Assembly: GCA_951406725.2 (NCBI GenBank)
Contig: OX597828.1
Location: 44,950,001 to 45,014,000 of the forward strand
DNA from: Octopus vulgaris
Taxonomy: Eukaryota
DNA length: 64,000 nt
Direction: 5' to 3'
Within the stretch, counting starts at the first letter, position 1. The number at the start of each line of letters is the position of its first letter. Positions 38,011-52,628 of this stretch are shown here, one piece after another. Under the pieces are notes generated by a model, which saw only the letters and a list, made by a program, of their open reading frames with translations, had not been told where the DNA came from and did not search any database. A program made the translations under genes and the position numbers.

Positions 38011-39479
38011 AATATGTGTGTGTGCGTGTCTGTGTGTCTGAATGTTGATAATCTTGTTTTACATTTCTTTCTATTCGTTATTATATTCATCTTGTATTGC
38101 TTTGTTTTATTGTGGTGAACGTGTGGCGAAGAAACGCTGAATTCAACCTTGCTCTCCATTGCTTCAGCATCAATAAAACAAGTACCAGTTGTGCACTGGG
38201 GGTCGATGTAATTAATTAGCTCTCTCACCCAACATTTCAGGCCTTGTGCCTCCAGTAGAAAGTATTGTTATTATTATCATCATAATTATAATTATTTTAT
38301 TATTGTTGTTGTTGTTGCAGTTGTTGGTGATAGTGGTGACAGCGGTTGTGTGCATTATATACACTATAACAGTTGATTACATTATATATTAAAACACAGC
38401 CATTTATTATACATACATGCACACATACATATACATGTACATGTATGTAATTAGGGGGTGATTTGGTTGCTATTTCTGGTAGAGTGGATGACCACATAGA
38501 AGGTTCCTTTTAAGCTCTGAGGTTCAGTATTATGTTTTACTTCTGTGATCCTTGTGATTCTGTTTTGCTACTTCTGTTTGCATTCCTAGATAGACTTAGT
38601 CATTATTTGATTACGTATCTATAGTGTTAATAGGTTTCTTGGGTCAGTTGCTATCTTCTGCCGTATAACTCACTATTTCACATGTGATACTTGCGGCTGC
38701 TGCTGCTGCTGCTGCTGCTGGTGTTATTGTTGTTTGGCTGTGGGTCAGCCTTCATCCAACAGACCTGTTTTCAAAGAATTTCCTTCCTTGAACATCTCTT
38801 TTCTTATTTAGTCACAATCTATCTCAGACTGCATTATCAAATGTATTCCTAGTTTTCCAGAAAACAAAAGAACAACAACAAACAAAAGGAAATCACGTGA
38901 GATTTGAGAGGAATTCGGCTGCTATTTCTAGCATATTGAACGACCACCTAAAGGCTCCATCATCAGTTTATTCATTATTTGCTATGGTTGAAGGGATATT
39001 GCATCCACATAATAAAGTTGGATCATCATGGTTGATTACTCATTAAGGTGTGCAGTAATGTTCCCTTCTTGACCATGTCAGATCTTGCACTACACAAATA
39101 GAGATTACTTTTCATTGGTTGTTAGATATAAGCACTGATCAGCAAATGCTTTTGTTCACTGAAATTATACAGTTGCTGCATCCACCCATTAAAGGTGCTT
39201 TGGCACTTTATACATTTGTTTAGGATAACTTAGTGTTATTTTCATCCAAGAAAGGTGATTTGGTACTATGTTCTATCTGCAAAGATTAGCTAAGTGACAT
39301 ATATATCTGTTATAGGTTGAGTAACGATATTCTTCTCTGTTAAGGATAATATGGTGCTACACATCTATGAAGGGTGGTTTGACACTCTCTGCATATATTA
39401 AGGATATTATTATACTTCATCTTGGAACTATGTGTATCAATTAATGGGCATCTTGTTCGTCCTTTGTTTTCTAAGGTGA

Positions 39480-39960
39480 CCAAATATCGTGTGAGACACT
39501 CAGTAAAAAACTGCCCCACATCTTGGACAGTGATGTTGCTGTGTATCTAGATATTCTGGTTCACATCCAGACAAGGGCCATTCAGCTGGTTTGCATCCCA
39601 AAACTGATGATGTATACCAGCTTCTGGCCCGTGGGCATGTTGTCCCTTCTCTATTTTTTTCTAATATTACTATAATGGTCTCTGTCCTTCTTGGTTGGCT
39701 AGTCTCTTACCTCCAACACTCAAGCACTCTGTCTGATTCTAATCCTCTCTCTATCTCTTGTGATTCTTCATGCATTTGAACCGTTCTCTTTTCCCTGCAC
39801 AAACCACTATGTCCAACCCTTCTTTCCCAGAACATTGTCCCCTCTGGAATTTCTTCCTCATTCAACATTTTTCCTACACCTGTTGATTCCAGATAGCCTG
39901 CAAAACTTATGGGCTCTACCCTTAACCCAAACTCAACAATAGAAGTAAAACAACATCTTA
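39480..39960 (+). mobile_element. non-LTR retrotransposon RT C-terminal fragment (CR1/Jockey group), decayed
   Basis: PHILDSDVAVYLDILVHIQTRAIQLV...YYYNGLCPSWLASLLPP...TNHYVQPFFPRT..PLWNF. Confidence 0.75.
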
Positions 39961-40633
39961 CCTACCAACAGCACTTCTGTGGCAGATGAAGTTGTGGATG
40001 GGGCCCAATAATTGTGACTACTTCCATTTTACTACAACATTCATGTGCCCTTAAAAGAGTGGGATCCAAGGATGCGTGGCCTAGAGGCTAGAGTACTGCA
40101 CTCACAAACTTAAGATTACAGTTTCAATCCTTGGACTGGGTGGTATGTTGTGTCCTTGAGCAAAATACTTCATTTCATACTACTCCAGTCCACTCAACTT
40201 TAAATGAGTTCCTACATTTGCCTGGAAATTGACCCTGTGGTGGACCAGAATCCCATCCATGTAGGGTGGGTTGTGAACCAAATCTCTTATACACCATGGG
40301 AACTGGGGTAAATTCCAATCTTATAAGTCCTAGGTCTCATGTAGAAAATAGACGATTCTATGGAAGTGGCAAAGACATACATTCCTTTTCTATCATTAGT
40401 CAAGAGGAAAGGTAGTGCGAAAGATTCTTTACAGGAACTTCAAGAATGAGGGAAGAAAATACCTTCAGACAAGATAACCTGGCCCCAATGCTTGTAACAG
40501 AGTGGACACGGCTAAAGACACTAAAGAGACAGGTGGGACTGTGAAACTGAGCAAGCAATTCAATCCGCAATCCAGTACATGTTACCTGGCTATAATATTA
40601 AAAAAGAATTGTCATCTTCGTGGTTCTAATGAG

Positions 40634-40636
<3 letters not shown>

Positions 40637-40665
<29 letters not shown>

Positions 40666-40838
40666 TGTATGTATGTATGTATGTATGTATGTATGTATGT
40701 ATGTATGTATGTATGTATGTATGTATGTATGTATGTATGTATGTATGTATGTATGTATGTATGTTGGTATGTATGTATGTATGTATGTATGTATGTATGT
40801 ATGTATGTATGTATGTATGTATGTATGTATGTATGTAT
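40637..40838. repeat. (TATG)n tetranucleotide microsatellite, about 50 units
   Basis: Seen directly. Confidence 0.97.
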
Positions 40839-41519
40839 ATGTGCAGTATGTATGTATATATTATGTATATACTCATTATGCATATGTCTGTATGCATATA
40901 TAAAAAATATATATATGCATATACATGTGTATATATGTATATACATATATAGAATGTGTATGTAGCTAGATAGAGATAGATAGATAGATAGAAAGAGAGA
41001 GAGAGAGAGAGAGAGATTGAGAGGGAGAGAGATTGAGAGGGAGAGAGAGAGAGATTCATTATATGCAGATAAGCACCAGTGCCACATAAGAAGCATCCAG
41101 TAGACTTTGTGAAGTGGTTGGCATCAGGAAGAGCCTCCAGGAGTAGAAACCATGTCGAAGCAGACACTGGAGCTTGGTGCAGTCCTCTGACTTGCCAGGT
41201 CCGCTGAAACCGTCCAACCCATACCAGCACAGAAAATGGACATTAAAGGATCACACACACACACACACACACACATATACATGCTCACATCTATGTATAC
41301 AAGCACACATGCACATATATGCACACACATATATACATGTACATACATATACACACATATGAGCAAACATGTTTTATATAATAGGAAAACGTTATCAGTA
41401 TGTAAATGATCTTTCTTTAGACTAAATAAGCCACCAGCTCCCAGGCCATGCTGGAGTGACACATTGATGACCACTACATATTACAACTATATCATTTTCT
41501 CATTTTCCCAGGCAGCTTG

Positions 41520-41822
41520 TTTGTTCCTTCTCGAGCCATGCCTGGCTCATTAGGGCCAGTTTCCCAGTTTCCTTGGCATATAGGTTCCCCACCTGGATGG
41601 GACGCTGGTCCGTCACAGGTGAGCTGCAAGATGCAGGAGGAAAGAGTGAGAGAAAGTTGTGATGAAAGAGTCAGCAGAAGTTCTGCCATTACCTTCTGCT
41701 GGAGCCGTGTTGAGCTTAGGTGTTTCGCTCATAAGCACACACATCGCCTGGTATGAGATTCGAACCTGCCATCCCTCGACCGTGAGTCCACTGCTCTAAC
41801 CACTAGGCCATGTGCCTTCACT
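41520..41822 (-). mobile_element. tRNA-derived SINE sharing the family C 3' tail
   Basis: Minus head gaaggcacatggcctagtggttagagcagtggactcacggtcgagggatggcaggttcgaatctc (tRNA-like); tail ggactagcgtcccatccaggtgggg-like...gcatggctcgagaaggaac as at 30395. Confidence 0.8.
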
Positions 41823-42362
41823 TCCAGGCAACTTACCATACCATAACTGACCAAATTAATAACTTAAACAGTTTCACAACTAATTACCAAATAAAAAAAA
41901 ATTCCTTTTTGTCCAGCACATTTCCATTAAGCGTTCTTTTACAGCACTTTTCACATAAGCAATGCAATGTGCTGCACATACCTGTACCAATCTTTGAGAC
42001 TTTGAACCAGCAATGAAGCTAACATATGTGTATTGACATGCATATTACCATAGCTAAACACTTGCTTATACATGGTTGTGCATATCTACTTCGACACACT
42101 TTCATTTACATGTTTAATTCAGTCTTAATAAATATAAACAGATGAAATTTGACATAAGCAAGAAATAAACAAAGATTATTATTATTATTATTACTACACT
42201 CGCGGAGAGGTTGGCGTTACGAAGGGCATCCAGCTGTAGAAACAATGCCAGATCAGACTGGAGCCTGGAGCAGCCCCTGGCTTCCCAGACCCCAGTCGAA
42301 CCGTCCAACCCGTGCTAGCGCGGAAAACGGACGTTAAACGATGATGATGATGATGATGAATG

Positions 42363-42394
<32 letters not shown>

Positions 42395-42497
42395 GAAAGG
42401 GAATTGTACAAAATATGATTACTATTCTAAGATTTCAATGTCTATAAGACAATGATATACACACATACATACATACATACATACATACACACACACC

Positions 42498-42557
<60 letters not shown>

Positions 42558-42608
42558 TTGAGATGATTGAGATGAGAAAGGAATAAATGCATATCTTATT
42601 TACTTCAT

Positions 42609-42688
42609 AAGCTTACAGCTGTTCCTGCTATAAGATGCTGTGGACTTTGTTGAGTGCCCGAATAACACCTAATGGCTTCTCCAGAGCC
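42609..42688 (-). ncRNA. degenerate hammerhead-like motif, same family as 34984-35066
   Basis: Minus: gct-CTGGAGA-agccattagg...cttatagca-GGAA-cagctg-TA-agc; GTA triplet intact, core mutated. Confidence 0.5.
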
Positions 42689-44568
42689 CTGAATATGAAG
42701 TGTAATTTATCTAAACAGCTGTACACTAATGAAGTTCATAAGATAACCATTTATTCCTTCGTCATCTCGCTTTCTCATTACCATTCTGTACTTGACAAAT
42801 GGTTTGTTCTGAAGTGTGTGTATATTGAGTTCTGTACCAGGCTATTAGCATTGCAATGCCTAAGCAAAATATATGTGTGTGTGTGTGTATATATATACCA
42901 ACAACTCTGACCTGAGCTAACTATTATGCTCAATCCTTCCTCCCCACAGTATGATCCCACTGAAATCATATCCCTGCTCATATCTTTCCTGCAGCTGTTG
43001 ACCCATAATACTTGAAAGGGAATATTAAGGGCATCAAGCTCAATGTCCCCAGAGGACCTGCAAGATTCTTGGGCACTGCCTCTTCCAGATTTACAAGTAA
43101 AAAAAAAAAATAGAAATGAACAAATGTGGAAAAAAGGGGGAAAAAATGAAAAAAGTGAAAAGTAAAAGGAAAAATTTAGTTTATTTGCTTCTGTTGACAA
43201 ATCTGAGGCCTTCTACTAAAGTTACTAATCACTCCCCACACACATACATACACTCACACATTCACACACATGCACACCAATGCACACATAGAAACGCAAA
43301 ACATACATGCGTGTGTACAGAATGCACATACCCCACAGCCATCACCACCAAGAAGAGAAATGCAATACTGGAATACCTTTAATCATGCATGCACTCAATC
43401 AGGGCTCAAACTGAGCTAAACTACAACAGTTTTAAAATTATATGGAATTTGTAGACCTTTCCAACCCATGCTATTTTTTAAATCATTTTCTTTTGTGATT
43501 TAAAAATTTCCTTTCACAAAAATTTAGCATACTATTTTCCCAAATTATGGTAAATTTAGGGTAAGGAATGATTCTGAAGATAAGCTTTGCTATAGATGCT
43601 TGATGAATAAGAATACAGGCATTATTAGGTTGTGTTAGCACTGAAATTGGTCAAGAAATTTTGCGGTACTTTGAATATTTTGATGTAAGGGTACCTTATT
43701 TTTTTTAGTGTTCAATATAATGGCGTGGTCATTTATTCCTATATAAATATATATCACTGGTCAATATTTAGATTATGTATGTACAGACACACACATACAC
43801 ACACACACATGCACACACATAAGTGATGGTTTCAAATTTTGGCACAGGGCCAGTAATTTAAGGGGAGAGGCTGAAGTGATTACATCACACCCATCTCCCA
43901 TTGATCAGTTGCTACTTATTTTATTGATCTTGAAAAGATGAGAGGCAAAGTCAACTGTGGCAGCATTTGAAATCAGATTCTACTGCTGGAAGAAATGCCA
44001 CTTAGAATTTTGTCCAATGTTGGCCAGGGGCCTGAACCCTGGGCAAGTCTGGCAGAGCAACTGGTTTTCCAGAATATGGTTCTACAATGAAAACACTATA
44101 TAGCATTGGAACCACATCTTCCTCCTCATCATCATTGTCAGCATCATCGTCGTCGTTGTCATTCCACATCAGCATTAACATCATCCGTATTATCATTCTC
44201 ATCATCATCATCATCATCAACTTTCTCATCATCATCTTCATCATCAACCTCTTCCTCCTCCTCATCATCATCACCACTATTGTCATCATTATCAGCTTTC
44301 TCATCATCACTGTTGTCATCCTCATCCTTATCATTATTGTTATCATCATAGTCTTCATCTTCCTCACCATCATAAATTTAGTTGACTTTCTGCTGCTGCT
44401 GGTCTTTTTGGCATTGTTTATGTAGAACTGCAGAACAAGCAGTGGTGTATAGCAATAGGTAAAGTCACCCCAAGTCAGCTTATTCCAGAATGTATTTGTG
44501 GTTTCAGTCCTTGATCAAGTATTTTTCCACTTATACTTATACCCATGAGAAGATATCGAACCCCACTT

Positions 44569-44632
<64 letters not shown>

Positions 44633-45370
44633 ACGTGCACACACACACACACGTGCACACACACATAGTAAAAACAAACAATGAAAGCATCAAAACCACA
44701 GTATTCCAGTATCTAAAATATAACGATCCTTGTGCCTAATTAAACAACAATAACAACAAGAACATTAACAATTTATTATTGTAGAATCCACAATCGAAGT
44801 AAAATGGTGAGAGTCTGCATCAGCAAAGTACAAGACAAGAGAGTACTCAGAGAGTACAACTTTCTCATTCTTCACTGTTTTCAGTACAAATTTTGACAAG
44901 AATAGATTTGTTTTTGTTTTCTTTTTATATATATTTTTCATCTCTAATACATGAAAGTACCATCAATATACTGGGGCCTGATGTTGAATTGATTATAAAA
45001 AAATTTTGTTTACATGTTCGATTAAACGACATTGGTTATATAAGCTTTATATACTGGATAATTCAGTAATCCCCAAACATTCACTGTTCTTGGTTTAATC
45101 ACAGAGGGAAGTATCAAAGATATACAAGCTATAAATACATTAAGGATCATCGATCTACTCAAAAGATAAATAAATAAATGAATAAATAGAAGCATGAAAT
45201 TATCGTTACCATTGATGTTGTTGTTACCAAATACACTAAAATTATTTTACAGGAATGTACGCAATATGATTATCATCATCACTGCTATCATCTTCATGAA
45301 TGCGGTCAGCCTCATCACTGGTACTATTCTCCACCACCTCCCTCTCCATTTTCTCCTACATCTGAGCATT

Positions 45371-45606
45371 ATCTATTTCTTTACTACCCACAAGGGGCTA
45401 AACACAGAGGGAACAAACAAGGACAAACAAACGGATTAAGTCGATTACATCGACCCCAGTGCGTAACTGGTACTTAATTTATTGACCCCGAAAGGATGAA
45501 AGGCAAAGTTGACCTCAGCGGAATTTGAAGTCAGAATGTAACAGCAGACGAAATACCGCTAAGCATTTCGCCTGGCGTGCTAACATTTCTGCCAGCTTGC
45601 CGCCTT
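45371..45606 (-). mobile_element. SINE family B, well-preserved copy
   Basis: Near-identical to 15633-15865. Confidence 0.88.
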
Positions 45607-46388
45607 TCATCTGAGCATTATCATCATCAGCAACATCATCATTGTCATCGTCACCACCGTTATCACCATCATCGTCATCACCACCTCAGCTACGACCACC
45701 GTCATCACAGTCACTATCAGAATCACTATGATTCGCCACCTTCTCTGCCTCCACCCCACCTCACTGTTGCCATCGACTTCATCGCCGTCAACATCATCAT
45801 CCTCATCTCTGTCTCTACTCTCACCATTGCTAGGAACATTTTCATCACCACCATCATTAAAATAACTGACATGATCACCATTTACTACCATCATCATTAT
45901 CTGACATCCTATCAATTACATTACACCATTCCAAGAATACCCATGATTACAATAGAAGTTTTCCGTTTCCTTGCCTTTCCTACCACCACCTCCTGCTTAA
46001 CACTCCCACAATCAATATCTGATCTCTCTCCCTCCCCATGGTGCTTACACAGAAACGTGGTTAGCTAGTTTCTTCAATAAGGATGACCAAAGATCTTCTG
46101 TGATGGTAATAGCATAGACAGATGACAAAGAGGTGATTTCATATTCCCAAGTTCAAATCCTATTACAGTCATTATACTCAGTCACTGTACTTGCTCTAGT
46201 TTTCCTGTCTCACAGAAGAAATGGAACCAACTTCCTCTTTGGTAGGTGAGTGGTTAAAAGTAAGGCCAGTATCCTTCAGCCGTAAAATCAAGGGTTTTGG
46301 CAATTTACTCCTATAAGCCCAACTGCAAGGTTTTTAAAAATATGTAGGATCAACGTTGACAGGTAAAGGGATGTGACTGCAGGAGCAG

Positions 46389-47006
46389 TGTATCTCATAA
46401 TTTCTTTCTGTATCAGAACTGGGATTCATCAGTAAATATACATATCCTGGTTCTAGGGTTTCAGGATTTCTAACAATAACCCTTATGGTCTTCGCAGTAA
46501 GATTCTCTCTTATCCATGGAGAGTTCTACAGAAGGAATGCTTTCGATTTTGCTTTGATATTTTGCTCAAGAGGTAATGAATGGATTCTCAGCCACTATCA
46601 AAACCAACTGGAATATGTTGAGGCCTGTGTTCCTGACAATTGTTTCCACACTCCATGATTGGATATGCATCCAAGAACAGATGCTGAAGTAGTAATTTCA
46701 AGATTCTGCATTGTATTTCTTGATAGTAAATTTAAAATTCTCTGTTTTTGGAAAAACTAACTGATATAGGGCAAGTCTTGTGTTCCTTACTATAACTTCC
46801 ACACATTACAGTGCTGGATATTAATCCAAGGGTTGTAAAGATTTAATTAATCCAGCATTCCTTATTCCTATAGGATCTAGAATCCAAAGAAATAGGCAAA
46901 CTCCTGTATTGTAAATGTTAATATCATTAAATTTAGTTCCTATAAGGAATAGGGGACTCTTGCATTTCTGACTATCACTTTGCAATGAAAAGGAGAGGGT
47001 CAAACA
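46389..47006. repeat. segment whose parts 46389-46648 and 46839-47006 are duplicated at 49429-49688 and 48883-49069
   Basis: Only a handful of differences by eye over 260 bp and ~170 bp. Confidence 0.92.
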
Positions 47007-47119
47007 AAAAAAAAGAAAAAAGAAAAACGGGTGAATTGATTAAATGTCAAGGACAGGAAGTAGATTTGGATTAGAAGATAATCCCTATGAATAAGAGCTG
47101 GTATTAATGATACTAATAA

Positions 47120-47438
47120 TAATCCTTTCTACTATAGTCACAAGGCCTGAAATTTATGGGGAGGGAGCTAGTCAATTATGTCAACCCTAGTATTCAACTG
47201 GTACTTATTTAATCGATCCCAAAAGGATGAAAGGCAAAGTCAGTCTTGGAAGAACTTAAACTCAGAACCTAACAACAGATGAAGTGCTACTAAGCATTTT
47301 GCCCAGCATGCTAATGATTCTGCCAGTTCACCACCTAAGTGGACCTCAGCTGGATTTGAAGAAAGAATGTAGCAACAGAGAAAGCACCACCTAGCATCAA
47401 TCCAGCCACATTAACAATTCTGCCAATTTGCTGCCTTA
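47120..47438 (-). mobile_element. SINE family B copy plus partial second unit
   Basis: Diagnostic motifs as above. Confidence 0.8.
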
Positions 47439-48882
47439 TCTTTCAAAATTAGTATTCTAACTCTCCTTTATCTGTCGTTATGAGCTCATGTAATTGTTCC
47501 TGGGTCTCTTGTGGCATCTTTCATTCTTACAACTCAGAATGGTTCCCATTCCATCCCATCCATATGGAAACATAAAGAACATTAGGTCTTCTAACTCCTG
47601 CTTCCATTTTGATGTACCATCTTCCTCATTGTACATTTACCTATCTTTGTTATCATTAACACTGAAACCTCTCCTACCAATAACTGCAACAATATTCCCT
47701 TTCACCACCAATGTGACCTAGTGACCTAATGACCTAGCGACCTTGTGATCTTGTGACCTTGGGACCTCTCTCATGTCAAAGTAACTATGTACTTTTATGG
47801 TCCACTTTGAATATTTTCTCTTCACAGCCCAGTTTCCTTAAACCTGTGGAGGTTGTAACCTCAAAAGCTAGGTCGTTTTCGCTCTGCTTTATCATGATTC
47901 TAGTGCAGTTGGTTCAGCAACTGAGAAACAATATCATTAGAGCTTTAATTAATTGACCTCTCATCATTTCCAGAGATCGCAGAGGACAAATTCCTCTATC
48001 TCTTCCTTGCATGGCATCACAATCACCATCCCCATCACTATCATCATCATTATTGCAAACATCATCATCATCATTATATTAACGTCGTCGTCATCATCGT
48101 CATCATCATTGTTACCATCAACATTATCATCATCGTCATCATCGTCAGCGTCATCATCATCATTGTCATCATCATCGGCATCATCATTATCATCATCATC
48201 ATCACATCTATCACAACTCAAAAAGCCTCATAACTAATGTCATTTATACTACTATCATCAATATGGTTCTGATTATCTCCACTACACTAACCACCACCAC
48301 CTCCACCTCCACCACCAGCACCACCACCACCACTACCACCAATACCAATGACATCAACAACAACATCAACATAACAACAACTACAACAACAGTAATAACC
48401 AACGGAGATACCATCGTTAGTGTCACATACTTGTCTTATACAAACAAGTATATGACACCAGTCATATAATGGGGATAAACCAAAATTTGTGACCATAAAC
48501 AAATTATTGATGTCACGACCTCACAAAATTGAATATCATTACATCTCACCTACTCGTTAGTTTTACAAACGAGAACCATTAAGAAACATAGATTAGCAGC
48601 AGTTTATCATTTTAGTCTGGAATATGTCCTTTGTGTTAAGATAATTTGCATATATTTGCATATATCTGAAATGTTAGAGCATGCCCTTTGCAATACATAA
48701 ATTATTCAACTATTAAGTAGGTGTGATAAATTCATTTTCCCAGGTGGGGGAGGAGGGGCCAGTAGAGTAATTTGTTTCTTTTTGGATTTTGCTTTTGATA
48801 AATAAAACTGTGATTTGAACCTAAGTACTTACTATTAACCACTAATTATACAACTGAGAAGTAAGATGAAGGATAATTATAT

Positions 48883-49688
48883 AGATTTAATTAATCCAGC
48901 ATTCCTTATTCCTATAGGATCTAGAATCCAAAGAAATAGGCAAACTCCTGTATTGTAAATGTTAATTAAAATCATCATATTTTTTCCTGTATCATTAAAT
49001 TTAGTTCCTATAAGGAATAGGGGACTCTTGTATTTCTGACTAACACTTTGCAATGAAAAGGGTCAAACATATACAGCTATGAATAACTATGTCATACATG
49101 TTGATGTGGTAACTTTATCACCTAAGATAACAAGGGTAGTTATATCCTTTACAATGTAGGTTTAACTATATCAGCTAAAGTGATAGGGATAAAATTAGGG
49201 GTTAACTATATTATCTAAGGCAACAGAGGTAATTAATATTTGTAGGCTCAACATAATTTTTGGCAAAATATGTACCCTTTTACCAAGTTATAACAAAAAG
49301 TTAGTGAAATATTTAAAATGTTTATAGTTGGATAGATAGACAAATATAACAAAATAATTTGATAAAAAATGTGAACTTTTAATTATTTTCTGAGATTTTA
49401 CAAAAACAACAAAAATATTTTAAAATTTTGTATCTCATAATTTCTTTCTGTGTCAGAACTGGGATTCATCAGTAAATATACATATCCTGATTCTAGGGTT
49501 TCAGGATTTCTAACAATAACCCTTATGTTCTTCGCAGTAAGATTCTCTCTTATCCATGGAGAGTTCTACAGAAGGAATGCTTTCGATTTTGCTTTGATAT
49601 TTTGCTCAAGAGGTAATGAATGGATTCTCAGCCATGATCAAAACCAACTGGAATATGTTGAGGCCTGTGTTCCTGACAATTGTTTCCA
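48883..49688. repeat. second copy of the duplicated segments, in swapped order
   Basis: 48883-49069 matches 46839-47006 (with ~28 extra bp); 49429-49688 matches 46389-46648. Confidence 0.92.
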
Positions 49689-50837
49689 ATTATGTAGGCT
49701 CAATATAATGTTTCCTGATGTCCTAAAAGGCCTCTGTTCATTGAATTAATTAGTTCGGCTTTCATGTGATTAAGTAAATGAGAGATGATTAGATTACTCT
49801 TATTCTGTGACTAGAGAAGATACCAGTTTCTCACAGATAACTGGCATGAACTCAGTTCTGATGATGAGTGTTCCAGTTGAATTAATCGATGGAACAGCCT
49901 GCTTATGAAAGTAGCATACAAGTGGCTGAGCATTCCACAGACATGTCCTTTCTTAAAATAGTTCTCAGAGAGATTTAGCATGACACAGAATGTGACTTGG
50001 TTGGCCTTTTGGCCCTTTGAATTTCAAGTACAAATCCTTTTTTGGACTGGAGCAATATGGAAAAAAAGGGTCATGCCCAAGGACAACATGCTGCCAGAAA
50101 TTGAATTCACGATCTGGCAACTGTGAATCAAATACCCTAACCACTAAACCACGTGCCTTCACTTCTCTCACAAATACCATTTTGTAAAATTCTTTGAAAC
50201 AAATTTTTGGCAGCTAGATAGATATAATCAGCCTAAAAAAGAAAAGAGGTAAGGCATTGTCCAAATACACCTGCCATATATTTGAACACATGACTTCTGA
50301 ATTCATCATGTTGTTAATCTGATAAGAGTTACATCTCCTCCTGTAGAAGATGCTAGTCCATATCAAGTAGCATTCCCCAAAAGATTTGATCACAAGGTGA
50401 TGTGCAGTGTGTAGTAGTTTCATATTATGGCTAAACAATACATTTTGTTTATTTTTTGCTTTTGTCTCATTACTTTAAATCTTCATCTTCATCGTCGTCT
50501 TCATCATCATTGTCATCACCATCATCATCATCATCATCATCATTCATCCCCATCTTCTTCTTTTTAGCATATCCCTTCTTTCCCGGCTGGCAGGCATTAC
50601 ATGGCGTTTGTGGTTGCAGATTTTCTATGTTTGGATGTTCTTCCTGTCAGTAATCCTCTCCTCTTTCCAAGCAAGGTAATATTTCCTCATGGCTGAATAT
50701 GTTTCCATGGAAGGCTGGAAACCAATGCCTCTGTTCCTACGATGATGTCACTTGTTATTGTAACAACCCTTGTGTGATGTGATGTCAAGTATATATATGT
50801 ATATATATGTATATATATATACACATGTATATATATA

Positions 50838-51169
<332 letters not shown>

Positions 51170-51365
51170 TATGTGTGTATGTATGTATGTATGTATATTA
51201 GTTAAATAAGATTTGAATAAAAATCTTGTAGTACATTCTATGATGCATTTTTTATTATCTGTCTGTCAGTCTGTCTGTCTCACTCCCTTTATCTATCTAT
51301 CTATCTATCTATCTATTTATATATATATATTTGTGTGTGTGTTTCACATTTATGTGCTTACTTCA

Positions 51366-51465
<100 letters not shown>

Positions 51466-51495
51466 ATCTACACACATACACACACACATGCACAC

Positions 51496-51526
<31 letters not shown>

Positions 51527-52391
51527 GACAGGTTTCCTTCAGTTTCTGTCTTTCAAACGTTTTAGCATCAAGGTGTCATGCAGTGGAACTGAACCCACAG
51601 CCATGTGGTTGAGAAACAAACCTCTTAACCACTCAGCCATATATAGAACATTACATACAGAAGTATTGGCACAATATTGCCAGTTAGTTAAGAAGTTCAT
51701 TTTGTAACCTCAAGGTTTTGGGGGTCAATGCCAGTTGGGTTCAATGCAGTTCCTTAAATGAATGTAATTTTCTGTAGCCTTAGGGTGTTCCATACTACAC
51801 GAGTGAAATTGGGTAGACAGAGACTGTGTGGAATCCTGCCGTTTGGATTGAACCTGCATTTCAAAAGATACAACCTTGTTACAGACTGTGTCACACTGAT
51901 TATGCCTGAGAATTACATTAACAGTGCACTTGTCTGTGGAATACTTTGTCAGTTTTATGCTGATTCAAGGGCAGATAATTCAGTTGTGATCAAACAACTG
52001 AATCTTCATTGTTGAACAGAAGTGAATACTCTAACTATAGCTCAAGCCACTACTCCTTTAGCATTCACACTCCCTATTACCCTCTTTCTCTCTCTCTCTC
52101 TCTCTTTCTCACTCAAAACCTCTGGAGAAGGACTTGGTGCATGACTCTTGTCTGTTATTGTTATCAATATTTCAGACATATTACTGTTGGGTTTAATCCT
52201 CACCGATGTCATGTCAACAACAATTACATTGACAACAAGAACATCATCGTCAATATTTAATATCCATATGCCATCCTAGCATGGATTGAACAAAGAGGTA
52301 GATCTTCATTATACACATCAGATATGTATACACACACACAAACACACACACATATGTGTGTGTGTTGTATATATGTATATTCATATATACA

Positions 52392-52507
52392 TTATTTGTG
52401 AGTTAACAAGGCTACCAATGGTTTCATGTTGAAAGAGATATCTTTCAACAATTATCGATGTCTCTCTCAACGTGAAACCAATGGTAGCCTTGATGACTTA
52501 CAAATAA
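52392..52507 (+). repeat. ~50-bp imperfect inverted repeat, Penelope-like fold-back
   Basis: ttatttgtgagttaacaaggctaccaatggtttcatgttgaaagagata vs tgtctctctcaacgtGAAAccaatgGTAgccttgatgacttacaaataa. Confidence 0.75.
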
Positions 52508-52584
52508 CGAATGTTAATTCACCAAAGCAATGTTGAGAATTCCTTCTCACTGCTCAGTATTAACATTCAGTATATATATGTGTG

Positions 52585-52627
<43 letters not shown>

Positions 52628-52628
<1 letters not shown>

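Noticed and set aside
41740-41822. tRNA gene
   Set aside because: tRNA-like head continues into a SINE body and tail; no acceptor-stem closure.
42910-43100. Possible exon or further R4-like C-terminus
   Set aside because: Only a short LGTA match after frameshifts; splice signals unconvincing.
49450-49749. 99-aa plus-strand ORF in the duplicated segment
   Set aside because: No ATG start, no recognisable domain; open in both copies only because they are near-identical.
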